A stretch of 32,368 nt of DNA from a virus (taxonomy: Duplodnaviria; Caudoviricetes). The DNA lies in the IMG/VR virus record IMGVR_UViG_3300012942_000099, positions 1 through 32,368 of that record; one strand, given 5' to 3'. The position numbers and the translations under genes were made by a program. Below, in pieces: positions 1-8,787 of the stretch (position 1 is its first letter; every line of letters starts with the position of its first letter). Under the pieces are notes generated by a model. The model saw only the letters and a list, made by a program, of their open reading frames with translations. It made no database searches and had not been told where the DNA came from.

Positions 1-306
1 CGGAAGGCCGCTGGGTGGGCCTGGGGGTAGCCCCCTGGGTCGTAAACCGGGGTGCTCGCGTTCTTGCAGGTCACCGCCCTGTTCCCCGAGCGTCTTGCGG
101 TCATGACAGTCGCGGCAGAGCCACTGTAGGTTGGACATGTCATCTGACCCGCCCTTCGACCAGGGCACCACGTGATCGCAGTATCCAGTGGAGGATATCC
201 GCAGGTCACAGCCTTCGCATCGGCCCCGGGCCCTAACCATCACCCGACGGCGGGTGGCGGGCCATCCTTTCGGCCTGGGCCGTTTCTTCTCTGTTCCCCA
301 GCCCAT
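1..306 (-). CDS. HNH endonuclease (packaging/terminase-associated type), runs off the left edge
   Basis: Hand translation from ATG at 306 (RBS GAGGAG upstream): MGWGTEKKRPRPKGWPATRRRVMVRARGRCEGC...CDHVVPWSKGGSDDMSNLQWLCRDCHDRKT. Has CxxC, DH-x2-P-x3-GG, NLQxLCxxCH. Absent from the ORF track because there is no stop in the window. Confidence 0.9.
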   Translation of the reverse strand, partial: MGWGTEKKRPRPKGWPATRRRVMVRARGRCEGCDLRISSTGYCDHVVPWSKGGSDDMSNLQWLCRDCHDRKTLGEQGGDLQEREHPGLRPRGLPPGPPSGLP

Positions 307-488
307 TTCGCAGCTCCTCTCAAAAACTCCCGGGAGAGGAACGCCGCTGCATCATTCCTACAATCCCGGGAGCCCGAAGCGGGACGAACCAACCCGCCTG
401 ACACGATCATACACCATATTGCACGAAAAACGCCCTTTTCAGCTCATAACCCGACGTCAACCCGTCATGGACCACGGTTACACTACGT

Positions 489-545
489 CCCACCCATGCC
501 CCACCTGCCTACCCACCCATACCCCTGCACCCCATACCCACCCAT
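489..545 (-). repeat. C-run tract (G-run tract on minus strand) with CCCACCCAT x3
   Basis: Nine runs of >=3 C between 489 and 543; CCCACCCAT at 489, 512 and 537. Confidence 0.8.
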
Positions 546-674
546 CTCACCCGATCAGGATCAAGCACACGATGACAATCACCCAGATCACAGCGATCAT
601 GATCCAGTACAACCAACGATCATTACCATCACGCATTACAATCACATCCTTATCCTTACAGACTTACGTAAAAC

Positions 675-1085
675 CTATCGCGATTTATTGCGCTTCTGAA
701 TGCGTCGTCTATCTGCCCTATTGAATTGGCCCACAGCATCATTCATAGATACACGTGCCTGGTGTGCATAGTACCCCGACCCACCCCGACCTGCACGGGT
801 GTCTTCAATAACGACCCCCCGGTCTTTATGCTCATCCTGTTCAACATCCCTGCTACCTTTGGCATAACGTACCAATGCATCAGTGCCAGGTATGCGCTCA
901 CCTAATGCTTGTTCCATCATGCCAACGATCTCGCTATATGCCATAGCCATAGCACGCATCGCCTGTATCGCAACATACTCGATATCAGCATCTTCCTTGC
1001 GCGCCTGATCCACACCAAGCCTGATCAGTTCTTTCCTGAGTAGATTCAGCACAGGATCCGTGTTCGCAGCTTCTTCCCAACCCAT
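675..1085 (-). CDS. hypothetical protein
   Basis: 136-aa ORF with AGGAGA RBS before ATG; last gene of the minus-strand run. Confidence 0.75.
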   Translation of the reverse strand: MGWEEAANTDPVLNLLRKELIRLGVDQARKEDADIEYVAIQAMRAMAMAYSEIVGMMEQALGERIPGTDALVRYAKGSRDVEQDEHKDRGVVIEDTRAGRGGSGYYAHQARVSMNDAVGQFNRADRRRIQKRNKSR

Positions 1086-1153
1086 GATTCTCCTATCCTA
1101 GCTTTATACCAGCACGTTGCATGATCCACTGCACCACACGTAACCACCAGGCA

Positions 1154-1405
1154 TCAACCATCTTTGGCCTCCGCCTCTATTTGCCTCCATAACGCAGCAG
1201 CGGTCTCAGCGCGGCGCACGCACGCCAACGCCTGTACGAGGCCCTTAGCGCGCTCGATACGCCCCTCATTGATCGCCTTCACTGCCATTCGTCGTATACG
1301 CGATTGCCCGGTCTCGCCAGTCCAGCCATTGCCAACGGCGGAACCCACACCTTCCCCAGCAATAACCCTTCTCGGATGTTCGTCTGATCGTTTGCGGCGC
1401 GTCAT
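1154..1405 (-). CDS. hypothetical protein
   Basis: 83-aa ORF; TGATG coupling to the upstream small gene. Confidence 0.6.
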   Translation of the reverse strand: MTRRKRSDEHPRRVIAGEGVGSAVGNGWTGETGQSRIRRMAVKAINEGRIERAKGLVQALACVRRAETAAALWRQIEAEAKDG

Positions 1406-1524
1406 CAGTGCCAGCCTCGATCCGCCAATTCATTCAAATACTTCTTCACATCCACGATGTGACCGATCAGCGCAAACTGCAGCAACAGAACCGCTCCCAG
1501 CATAGAGATGATTGCGATGAGCAT
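1405..1524 (-). CDS. small single-pass membrane protein (39 aa)
   Basis: Hand translation MLIAIISMLGAVLLLQFALIGHIVDVKKYLNELADRGWH; fills the gap and its stop overlaps the next ATG. Confidence 0.6.
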   Translation of the reverse strand: MLIAIISMLGAVLLLQFALIGHIVDVKKYLNELADRGWH

Positions 1525-1531
1525 CCGAATC

Positions 1532-1816
1532 TCACTTTCTTGTATGGTCGTACGGACTGATGAACTTCCAAGCTTGATGAATCATCGAACCGAGGACCAT
1601 TCCTTCCTCGTCCACGGCTACAATGTCCCACAACGCCGTTGCGTTCTCCGTCAACAGCATTATCTGATTCCCGATCTTCTTGATCACTCCCAGCTCGAGC
1701 GCACACGGCGAAACGCAGAGGATGTCCGGCAGATCGCCGACTGTGTGGAACACGATTTCGCCAGTAGTGCCATCAGTGACCTTCGCAAGGTAGAAACCCG
1801 CCCTGTGTCGTGTCAT
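1532..1816 (-). CDS. hypothetical protein
   Basis: Start moved to ATG 1816 (MTRHRAG...), giving an ATGA overlap with the upstream stop. Confidence 0.7.
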   Translation of the reverse strand: MTRHRAGFYLAKVTDGTTGEIVFHTVGDLPDILCVSPCALELGVIKKIGNQIMLLTENATALWDIVAVDEEGMVLGSMIHQAWKFISPYDHTRK

Positions 1817-2253
1817 CGTAGCTGCACCCCCGACCACACCTTCCCTGACACCTCACGATCCACCTTGATCTCTTCCACACCTTCGCTGCCCTGAATCCCC
1901 TTCTTGGATGTGTCCACACCGCACCAAGGGCAGTGTTTCCAGTCTTTTTGGATGAACCGACGACACGCAGTGCAGCGCGAAGCATCTTCTTTGGTTCCTA
2001 GCGTGCCCTCTCGCGCGAGTTGACGCAATATGCGATCAATCCGACGTTTGGCGGTCAAAGCATCGTCAGAACCGAGCACAGCGCCTTCACTAGACGGCCT
2101 ACGAGGCGCTCGAACGTCCCCAGCGCCGTCCAGAGAGTCTTTCACCTGCTTGTAGCCGCGCCGGCACAACTCGTGGTACAGGACAACGAATTTCTCCGGC
2201 ATGTAGCCGGTGATCTCTTTCTCGATGTCTGCGGACAGCTCGTTCCTACGCAT
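1813..2253 (-). CDS. hypothetical protein with C-terminal zinc ribbon
   Basis: CTAC-x10-CPWCG; tightly packed in the operon. Confidence 0.75.
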   Translation of the reverse strand: MRRNELSADIEKEITGYMPEKFVVLYHELCRRGYKQVKDSLDGAGDVRAPRRPSSEGAVLGSDDALTAKRRIDRILRQLAREGTLGTKEDASRCTACRRFIQKDWKHCPWCGVDTSKKGIQGSEGVEEIKVDREVSGKVWSGVQLR

Positions 2254-2482
2254 CTTGCTCCCTCACGTCGTACCCCATGTCTTTCAGGAACCGCAGCCTT
2301 CTACTCACCGGATCCTCGGCATGATTTTCCCAGAACAGGCGAATCGCTTCCCGCCGAACAGCCCCATGCGCCTGAACCCAGGATGTGCTCCTGACCATGT
2401 AGCGTACCGTAGATCCTTCGAGTACCCACCCGTGCCAAAGCTGATCATCGCGCTTCTTCACGATCCCACGGTATTTGCTCAT
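2246..2482 (-). CDS. hypothetical protein
   Basis: 78-aa ORF, operon packing. Confidence 0.7.
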   Translation of the reverse strand: MSKYRGIVKKRDDQLWHGWVLEGSTVRYMVRSTSWVQAHGAVRREAIRLFWENHAEDPVSRRLRFLKDMGYDVREQDA

Positions 2483-2485
2483 TGC

Positions 2486-2782
2486 TTAACCCTTTACTAC
2501 CGGCCGGGACTCGTTCATCTTCGCATCGAACGCGATCTCCACGAGCGAGAATGCCTCATCCTCTGAAAAGCCCTGCTCCTCGAGGCAAGACTTGAAGTGC
2601 GCGAGATCGACCGCTGCCGAAGCCAACGGCGACATCCCGTCCTCGACGATGGACGTGATCCTGTATCCGTGCTCCTGCATGATAGCTTCCACACGAGCAC
2701 CGAGCTCTTGGATCGAACCTCCACCCCTCCCGCTGTTGGGCATCTGATTGAGCGCTTCCTGAATCATCGCAGCTAAGTTCAT
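2486..2782 (-). CDS. hypothetical protein
   Basis: 98-aa ORF, AGGA RBS. Confidence 0.7.
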   Translation of the reverse strand: MNLAAMIQEALNQMPNSGRGGGSIQELGARVEAIMQEHGYRITSIVEDGMSPLASAAVDLAHFKSCLEEQGFSEDEAFSLVEIAFDAKMNESRPVVKG

Positions 2783-2819
2783 GCGTTGATCCTATCCTTT
2801 CGAGTCTTCCTGAGGTCCC

Positions 2820-3125
2820 TTTTTCCTACGACAGTCGATTGCACATTTTCTCGTATGTATTCATTACATACGAATGAGAAGAACGCATAAACTCCCGCCA
2901 ACTCTGAGGATATATGAATGAGAAAAACTACCTGACCCGCCCAAACGGTCCAAACCGCCACGTCGCCGTTGTATAAACTGTTTCCGCAGGTCAGAGCATA
3001 TTTCTCATGACTTCTTCTCAAAGTATCACTCTTGATGAGAAAAAAGACTGTAGTTGATCTTGTGTATAAACTCGTGACGTGCGGCGATGCTCCATATCCG
3101 CAGGTCAGGTACATAAAAAAAGTCA
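2820..3125. other. putative replication origin / iteron-like region
   Basis: AT-rich gap just downstream of the primase-helicase. TCCGCAGGTCAG x2 (2983, 3097), TGTATAAACT x2 (2970, 3063), ATGAGAA x3 plus one inverted copy, and a perfect 9-bp inverted repeat at 2851-2873. Confidence 0.6.
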
Positions 3126-4958
3126 TCACGAACGCCGATAATGCTGCGGCGGACGTCCTTTGAACGACAAATCCGCAGGTGGAGCACACTTTTGGATCAG
3201 CAAGCGATCCTCATAGCCCTTGATCTCCCGTGAGGCGCGCAAACTGTCCTTCTGTTGCACATCAGCCTCCTCGACACCGGCGATGAACGCCGCGTACTGC
3301 TTCACTGTCGCCGGATCGCTGAAGAACTCTAGGCGGTCGTGTTCACCGAGTGCGGCAGACATCGTGCCCTTCATGTTATCGAGCGTGAGTTCCAGCTTGT
3401 CGCCCTCGCCCTGCGGACCTTTCAGCTGCAGCATCTCCACCTGTTCCTTGCGCGCGTCGCGCCACAACAACAGCACAGACCCGAGCGATGCGGGGATCAG
3501 TGTCGAGCCGTACACGTCGTGGATAGTCTTCGGTTTGAGTGATCCTTCGCCATTGGTCGATTTCCTCTGATGGTGAAGAACGACAACCTCGATATCAGCT
3601 GACAAGCAGTACTTGACGTTCGCGTTCCACGACGAAGCTGCTTTCTCATCGGCGAGGTTCGATACAACGTCCTTGAGTGAGTCAACGATGATCGTGTCCG
3701 CATCAGCCGCCAAAGCGAGCTTGAGGAGCAATTTAGGGTCCTTCTCGAACGTCGGCAACGGCACGTCGATGACCGCGAGCTTCTCTGCGACCTGCATACG
3801 TGTCAGATCACCCAATTGGCGGCGCAATGCACGCTGAATCTGCTTCGGTCGGTCGAGCGCGAGATACAGCGTTTTCTTCATCCCTGGCTTGACCGGGAAT
3901 CCCGCCACACCTTCGGGCAGATAACCCATGCGGCCTTTGAGCAGCAGACCGGCCAGTGTGGATTTACCCACGCCTGTCAACCCCGTGACCATCAGACCTT
4001 CACCAGGTGACCACCACACGTCTTCGCCATCAACACCCCAGAGGGCAGGTACGCACGCTGGTGCATCGAAGATGAAGGCATCCGCGGCCTTGAGGAGCTT
4101 GGTATATTCGTCCTTCTCATCCTCGAGTTCTTCTTCGACCTGGACCTTGTGATGTGCCTTCTTCCAGATGCGCTCGAGATCACCCGGATGATCTTCCTCA
4201 TACCCGGGAAACTCGCGCTCGATTGCGATGCGGGCCTTCTCGAACGTACGCCCTTTCTCAGCGTACTCGTGCAGAATGCGCCACACCTGGCCTGATCGTG
4301 TGGCGTCGCCGTCGGCCTGCTGATTCTTGACGCTATCGGGGACCGACGGCACAAGCCCTGACACCCGTCCACGTCTGCCGACAGGCCAGATGATCTCTGT
4401 CTCGTCACCATCACGCTTGTGATTGACGGTACCCGGGAACCTGAGCATATCCCCAGGTGATATCTTCGCATCGACGTCCGATGGATCGAGGGCGAATGTA
4501 TGTCCCAGTCGATAACACAGATCCTGATATTCTTTCAGGTCGCGTGCCGGTTTTTCGAGGCGCATGAATAGCTGGAAATTGTGGCGCGAAGTACGCACAA
4601 CACCCACACCTAGCATGCGCGCTTTCTCGAAGTCGATATCCGACGAACCACCCAGCTGTTCGCCATTCTTTTCGTGATCGAGATCCGCGTGAATGACAGA
4701 AAGGTCAATGGCGTCGATTGCCTTTCGCGCCGGCGTTTTGTACACGTGCGACGAGATGTAGACGTCGTGCTTGCCCTTCGACAAACTCTCTGCACATTGC
4801 ATCAGGATGTGATGCTTGCGAGGCCACTCAACGAACTGTGAGTTCCACAGGCCTGTGCCTTCGCGGTCGATGTCCCCGAGCTCTACCCATCCCTTCTTTC
4901 TTCCTAGCACCCCCTCCAAAAACTCGTATATTTCCTGACGAGCCATATCACCTGACAT
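3126..4958 (-). CDS. DNA primase-helicase (RepB-like primase N-domain + RepA/AAA_25 helicase)
   Basis: HADLD and MLRFPGTVNHK primase-type motifs; Walker A GLTGVGKST, Walker B IIVDS, LHHQRK and YGS motifs. Start may be 4946. Confidence 0.85.
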   Translation of the reverse strand: MSGDMARQEIYEFLEGVLGRKKGWVELGDIDREGTGLWNSQFVEWPRKHHILMQCAESLSKGKHDVYISSHVYKTPARKAIDAIDLSVIHADLDHEKNGEQLGGSSDIDFEKARMLGVGVVRTSRHNFQLFMRLEKPARDLKEYQDLCYRLGHTFALDPSDVDAKISPGDMLRFPGTVNHKRDGDETEIIWPVGRRGRVSGLVPSVPDSVKNQQADGDATRSGQVWRILHEYAEKGRTFEKARIAIEREFPGYEEDHPGDLERIWKKAHHKVQVEEELEDEKDEYTKLLKAADAFIFDAPACVPALWGVDGEDVWWSPGEGLMVTGLTGVGKSTLAGLLLKGRMGYLPEGVAGFPVKPGMKKTLYLALDRPKQIQRALRRQLGDLTRMQVAEKLAVIDVPLPTFEKDPKLLLKLALAADADTIIVDSLKDVVSNLADEKAASSWNANVKYCLSADIEVVVLHHQRKSTNGEGSLKPKTIHDVYGSTLIPASLGSVLLLWRDARKEQVEMLQLKGPQGEGDKLELTLDNMKGTMSAALGEHDRLEFFSDPATVKQYAAFIAGVEEADVQQKDSLRASREIKGYEDRLLIQKCAPPADLSFKGRPPQHYRRS

Positions 4959-4979
4959 GGAGAAACCCTCTCATATGAT
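4952..4979 (+). promoter_or_regulatory. putative SigA-like promoter for the rightward replication operon (leaderless)
   Basis: CTGACA-N16-TATGAT, with ATG 4987 seven nt downstream. Confidence 0.45.
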
Positions 4980-4986
4980 GTACGAC

Positions 4987-5439
4987 ATGATGACACCTAC
5001 AACGCTATCGGATCTCCTCTCGAACGAGGACTACCGCACGTACTTCAAACGCTCCCCGCGGCCGTTCGCATCGTCCACACCTCAGTACGGTGTGGTGGCG
5101 ATCAGTCATGATGGGCGGTATGGTAAGGTGTTGCGCCCGACGTTCCGCGAGGCGTGGGACAAGGCAAAGCTCCTGTTCGCTGATGATCGAATTCGTGATG
5201 TCTCTATATTCACCCGTAACAGGATTGTACCGCCGCCGATCTTCGCCGCGGATATCATGCGCCCTGCAGAAGATTGGTGTGGGCGTTGCCGGCGACCGTC
5301 GCTATTCCGCATCTATGCGAAGTCCCACCCGGCATTGCGTGATCTGCCGATCGTGGTGGCAGGAGTCCGCAGATGCTACTATTGTGGAATCAGCTACGAC
5401 TGCGCAATGCAGCACATCAAGGAGAAGGTCAGTGCATAA
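4987..5439 (+). CDS. hypothetical zinc-binding protein
   Basis: WCGRC...RCYYCG; first gene of the plus-strand operon; start uncertain (4957-4990). Confidence 0.75.
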   Translation: MMTPTTLSDLLSNEDYRTYFKRSPRPFASSTPQYGVVAISHDGRYGKVLRPTFREAWDKAKLLFADDRIRDVSIFTRNRIVPPPIFAADIMRPAEDWCGRCRRPSLFRIYAKSHPALRDLPIVVAGVRRCYYCGISYDCAMQHIKEKVSA

Positions 5440-5623
5440 GGCAATCCACAAACTGTCCGAGGTCAAGGTAGTATTCGATCATCGCCCCACACTCGCCGAG
5501 TTGATCGAGCTCGAGGAACATGTCGAGTGCGAGAATTACCAGGTCTTCCTCGAGGGCTTCGATCGCGATGGTAGCGGATGTGTCATCCTCCGCAAGCGGG
5601 AGTACTCGAATGCCCCAGAGTAA
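5432..5623 (+). CDS. hypothetical protein
   Basis: GTG start after AAGGAG; the 3' part of track ORF 5090..5623. Confidence 0.65.
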   Translation: MHKAIHKLSEVKVVFDHRPTLAELIELEEHVECENYQVFLEGFDRDGSGCVILRKREYSNAPE

Positions 5624-5798
5624 ACGTGCAGCCCGCTCACGCCTGTTGCTCGTCGAGCGTGACGCACAGGGCGTAGATCGCGCATACGGGCCCATCTTCT
5701 CGTCGCGCAAGAAACTACTGTCGTACACACGCGGTCACCCGCCTGAGTACGGTGGATACCACGACGTGTGGACGATCCCGTACAATCCAGAGGACTAG
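5610..5798 (+). CDS. hypothetical protein
   Basis: ATG 5610 after GGGAG (MPQSKRAAR...). Confidence 0.6.
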   Translation: MPQSKRAARSRLLLVERDAQGVDRAYGPIFSSRKKLLSYTRGHPPEYGGYHDVWTIPYNPED

Positions 5799-5800
5799 AC

Positions 5801-5971
5801 ATGGCACAGGAAAACGTCAATCAACGCGAGGAAGTCGATCTGCTGCTGTACGCGCTGACGTCGATTGCGACTGAGTCGACGGAGCCGGACATCGTGAGGC
5901 TCGCGCTCATCGCCCTCTACGAGACACCCCGGGGACGCGCACACCTGTCCGCCAACCCGATCAAGATATGA
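5801..5971 (+). CDS. hypothetical protein
   Basis: ATG 5801 after GAGGA; ATGA overlap downstream. Confidence 0.65.
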   Translation: MAQENVNQREEVDLLLYALTSIATESTEPDIVRLALIALYETPRGRAHLSANPIKI

Positions 5972-6348
5972 CCGCATTCCCAGAATGGCACTTCAGTGAT
6001 CCTGAGCTGGAGGAGCATCGCGCGTCACGTCTCCGTCAGTACGAAGAATATACAGTGCTCAACTACACGATTCCGCGTCGTGCTAATCCCGAGTCATGGG
6101 ATATCGAGGCACTTCAGTCGTTAGAGGATAGGCGGTATGAGCAACTACCCATTCAAGACGAAGCCATATGCACATCAGATGCAGGCGCTCAAGACGGCGC
6201 TGAAGCTCAAGCGATGCGCCCTGCTGATGGAGCCCCGCACCGGGAAGACCAAGGTGTCGATAGACTACCTGTCTGCGCTCGCTTTGGCAGGCCGGTTGGA
6301 CCGTGCCGTCATCGTTGCTCCGGCACGAGTTTTGGATGTGTGGATTGA
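5968..6348 (+). CDS. hypothetical protein (3' half overlaps the helicase)
   Basis: ATGA-coupled start; the only ORF filling 5971-6137. Confidence 0.45.
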   Translation: MTAFPEWHFSDPELEEHRASRLRQYEEYTVLNYTIPRRANPESWDIEALQSLEDRRYEQLPIQDEAICTSDAGAQDGAEAQAMRPADGAPHREDQGVDRLPVCARFGRPVGPCRHRCSGTSFGCVD

Positions 6349-7606
6349 GGAGTTCCACACACACTGCCCGGTGCGCTTCACTATTCACGTGTGGGACGCC
6401 GCAGCACGTAAGAATCCGCTGCCCAAGGTGAACCCGGTGCATCACCTGTCGATTGTGCTCGTGAACTATGAGGCGTTCGGTGTGAGTGGGACGAAGCTGC
6501 CGTCGGGGCGCAGATCGAAGAAGACTGGGCGATTCGCGGTGCGCGAGGAAATCAAGCGCTGGCTCGAGGGTAAACCCGGGGCGATGATCCTGGACGAGTC
6601 GCATAAGATCAAGTCGCCGTCGTCTAAGGCTGCGACCATGATTGTGTCCATGCGTGAGTATTTCGAGTATCGTCTGATCCTGACGGGTACGCCCGTGACC
6701 AAGGCAAAGCGGGTATTCGACATTCACCAGCAGTGGCGATTCCTCAATCCCGACCGATTCAAGGAGTGGCCCACCAGCGATGCGTTCAAGCATCACTACG
6801 GGCAGTGGACCGAGCGCAACGGTTACCCGCAGTTGCTGAAGCTGCAGAACCTGCAAGAACTCAATCAGCGAATTTACCAGGACTCGTTCCGCGTCAAGCG
6901 GTCAGAGTGTTTCGACTTGCCCGAGCGAACGACGAACATCCACCACATCACGCTGGGCGGGAAGACCGCGGCTGCGTACGATGAGATGGCTGAGAAGATG
7001 ATTGCCGAGATCGAGCACGACGATAAACGCCACATCATCGAGGCAGGCATCCCGCTGGTGCTCACGCTCAGGCTCACGCAGATCACTGGTGGATTCGCCA
7101 CCACACCTGATAAAGAGGTCATCCCGCTGGGATCGGAGAAGTTGAACGCGCTGAAGGGCTACCTCGAGGAGGCGATCGAGAACGATGAGAAGCTGGTGGT
7201 ATGTGCGCGGTTCCGCGCGGAGATGGATGAGATTGAGGCGCTTTGTATGTCTCTTGAGATACCCTGCTATCCCATCCGAGGTGGGCTATCGCGAGAAGAG
7301 GTCACGACGAACATACGTCATTTCAAGGAAACGGATGGCGTGGGTGTGGCGTTGATGAATCCTCAGGCCGGTGGTGTTGGTATCGACTTGTCGACCGCCT
7401 CTCACATGGTCTGGTATTCGCTTTGTGCGAGTTGGGTTAATTTCACACAAGCGTGTGATAGAATTGCATTGAGTAAAAACGCGACTACTTACACATACCT
7501 ACTTGCGAAAGGTACGGTTGATGAACTCCTCTACAAAGTCCTTCAAGAAGATGGGGAAATCGCCGAGCAAGTCCTCAAGAACCCGCGATCGGTCTTGCGC
7601 GTTTGA
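6137..7606 (+). CDS. SNF2-family DNA helicase
   Basis: PYAHQ, MEPRTGKT, ILDESH, LTGTP, GGVGIDL and QACDRI motifs. Confidence 0.93.
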   Translation: MSNYPFKTKPYAHQMQALKTALKLKRCALLMEPRTGKTKVSIDYLSALALAGRLDRAVIVAPARVLDVWIEEFHTHCPVRFTIHVWDAAARKNPLPKVNPVHHLSIVLVNYEAFGVSGTKLPSGRRSKKTGRFAVREEIKRWLEGKPGAMILDESHKIKSPSSKAATMIVSMREYFEYRLILTGTPVTKAKRVFDIHQQWRFLNPDRFKEWPTSDAFKHHYGQWTERNGYPQLLKLQNLQELNQRIYQDSFRVKRSECFDLPERTTNIHHITLGGKTAAAYDEMAEKMIAEIEHDDKRHIIEAGIPLVLTLRLTQITGGFATTPDKEVIPLGSEKLNALKGYLEEAIENDEKLVVCARFRAEMDEIEALCMSLEIPCYPIRGGLSREEVTTNIRHFKETDGVGVALMNPQAGGVGIDLSTASHMVWYSLCASWVNFTQACDRIALSKNATTYTYLLAKGTVDELLYKVLQEDGEIAEQVLKNPRSVLRV

Positions 7607-8114
7607 GGAATGCGACAGACCTTTGCACGGGAGCACGTGGTGTGGGGGTCATTATCAGCAGCTTAAAATGGGAAAGTCGCTGACCCCCCTAAACCCTCGT
7701 AGAACTTCTCAAGAGGTGGCTGCTCGAGATAGGCGGGGTCGAAAGCAATGCCGCGAATGTAGAGAGTGGTTTCCGCCTGAATCTTATCGGGCTAGCAATT
7801 CTAAGTCCGGGTTATGGGGGGATTGTGAACCTTGCCGTCGGGCTAAGCGTCAAGCATCTCACCACGGGACAACCCGTGCCTCCCTACGTATTATTTATGA
7901 TCAGCAGAATGGGGACTGCCCCGTGTGCAATGAGGCACTGTCCTGGGAGGGGTGGCATATTGACCATGATCATACTTGCTGCCCGGGTAAGTTTTCCTGT
8001 GGGAATTGTATCCGAGGCTTACTACACAGCGGGTGCAATACACTACTTGGCTGGGCCCGGGATGACTCCGATATACTTAGAAATGCCGCTGCATACCTTG
8101 ATGAAAGGAAGTGA
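7551..8114 (+). CDS. endonuclease VII-family (probable homing) endonuclease
   Basis: QNGDCPVC...HIDHDH..CC...IRGLLHSGCNTLLG...LRNAAAYL plus N-terminal Cys/His clusters; start uncertain. Confidence 0.85.
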   Translation: MGKSPSKSSRTRDRSCAFEECDRPLHGSTWCGGHYQQLKMGKSLTPLNPRRTSQEVAARDRRGRKQCRECREWFPPESYRASNSKSGLWGDCEPCRRAKRQASHHGTTRASLRIIYDQQNGDCPVCNEALSWEGWHIDHDHTCCPGKFSCGNCIRGLLHSGCNTLLGWARDDSDILRNAAAYLDERK

Positions 8115-8120
8115 ATAATC

Positions 8121-8651
8121 GTGATCATAGTCGAAGGTCCAGATGGCGCGGGTAAGACCACGCTTATCCAGAAGCTGCAGTACGACTTCCCATACGTGAT
8201 GATTCACCCACGGTTCTGCACGTCCAAGGGCGGGCCCGTCGAGGAGCTATCGGTCGCGGTGTACAACGACTACGCTGAACAGGCGCGTAGTAGGTCCCGT
8301 AGCGTCCTGTACGACCGCCACCCGATCATTTCGGAGTACATCTACGGTCATGACATTCCGGGACGTCAGGTTGATCCTGAGTTCCTCACAGGCGGCATGG
8401 CGATCATCGCCGGTCGCATCATCGACGCCGCTCTCGTCGTGTGGTGCCGTCCACCGCTCAGCATTCTGCAGCTGAATCTCGATCCTGAGCATGAGATGCC
8501 GGGTGTATACGAGAACATCGCGCAGATCTACGAGTCGTACCAGATGCGGGAGCTGATGTGGCCCGGGCGACAGGTGCGATACGACTTCACCGACCAGGAA
8601 TCGTACTGGGCTGTACGAGCGACCGTTGGGAAGTACATCCGTGGCCGGTGA
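8121..8651 (+). CDS. deoxynucleoside monophosphate (thymidylate-kinase-like) kinase
   Basis: IIVEGPDGAGKTT P-loop and YDRH..SE.IYG motif. Confidence 0.85.
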   Translation: MIIVEGPDGAGKTTLIQKLQYDFPYVMIHPRFCTSKGGPVEELSVAVYNDYAEQARSRSRSVLYDRHPIISEYIYGHDIPGRQVDPEFLTGGMAIIAGRIIDAALVVWCRPPLSILQLNLDPEHEMPGVYENIAQIYESYQMRELMWPGRQVRYDFTDQESYWAVRATVGKYIRGR

Positions 8652-8787
8652 CTTGTTCTGGCGTGATGAATGCCGCCGCGCTGAAGCGCTCATCGCCCGT
8701 GTGGACGAGTTGACTGAGCAGGAGAAACCATATGCCTTGATCCTCGCTGAGGTCAAGAATGAGATCAAGAAGTGGAGAAACAAGTGA
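8641..8787 (+). CDS. small hypothetical protein (48 aa)
   Basis: Hand translation MAGDLFWRDECRRAEALIARVDELTEQEKPYALILAEVKNEIKKWRNK; GTGA overlap with the next gene. Confidence 0.6.
   Translation: MAGDLFWRDECRRAEALIARVDELTEQEKPYALILAEVKNEIKKWRNK

Noticed and set aside
1-13. Window start as the physical cos end
   Set aside because: GC-rich and next to an HNH gene, but the HNH frame is still open at base 1 and the window edge may be arbitrary.
172-724. Plus-strand His/Pro/Thr-rich ORFs (172..699, 188..724)
   Set aside because: By-products of C/A strand skew; antisense to the HNH gene; no RBS.
1093-1161. 22-codon minus-strand ORF MVDAWWLRVVQWIMQRAGIKLG
   Set aside because: Fits the gap but is too short to support without homologs or expression data.
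2779-3189. 136-aa minus-strand ORF
   Set aside because: Overlaps the primase end, has atypical composition and spans the repeat-rich AT-rich region; better explained as non-coding.
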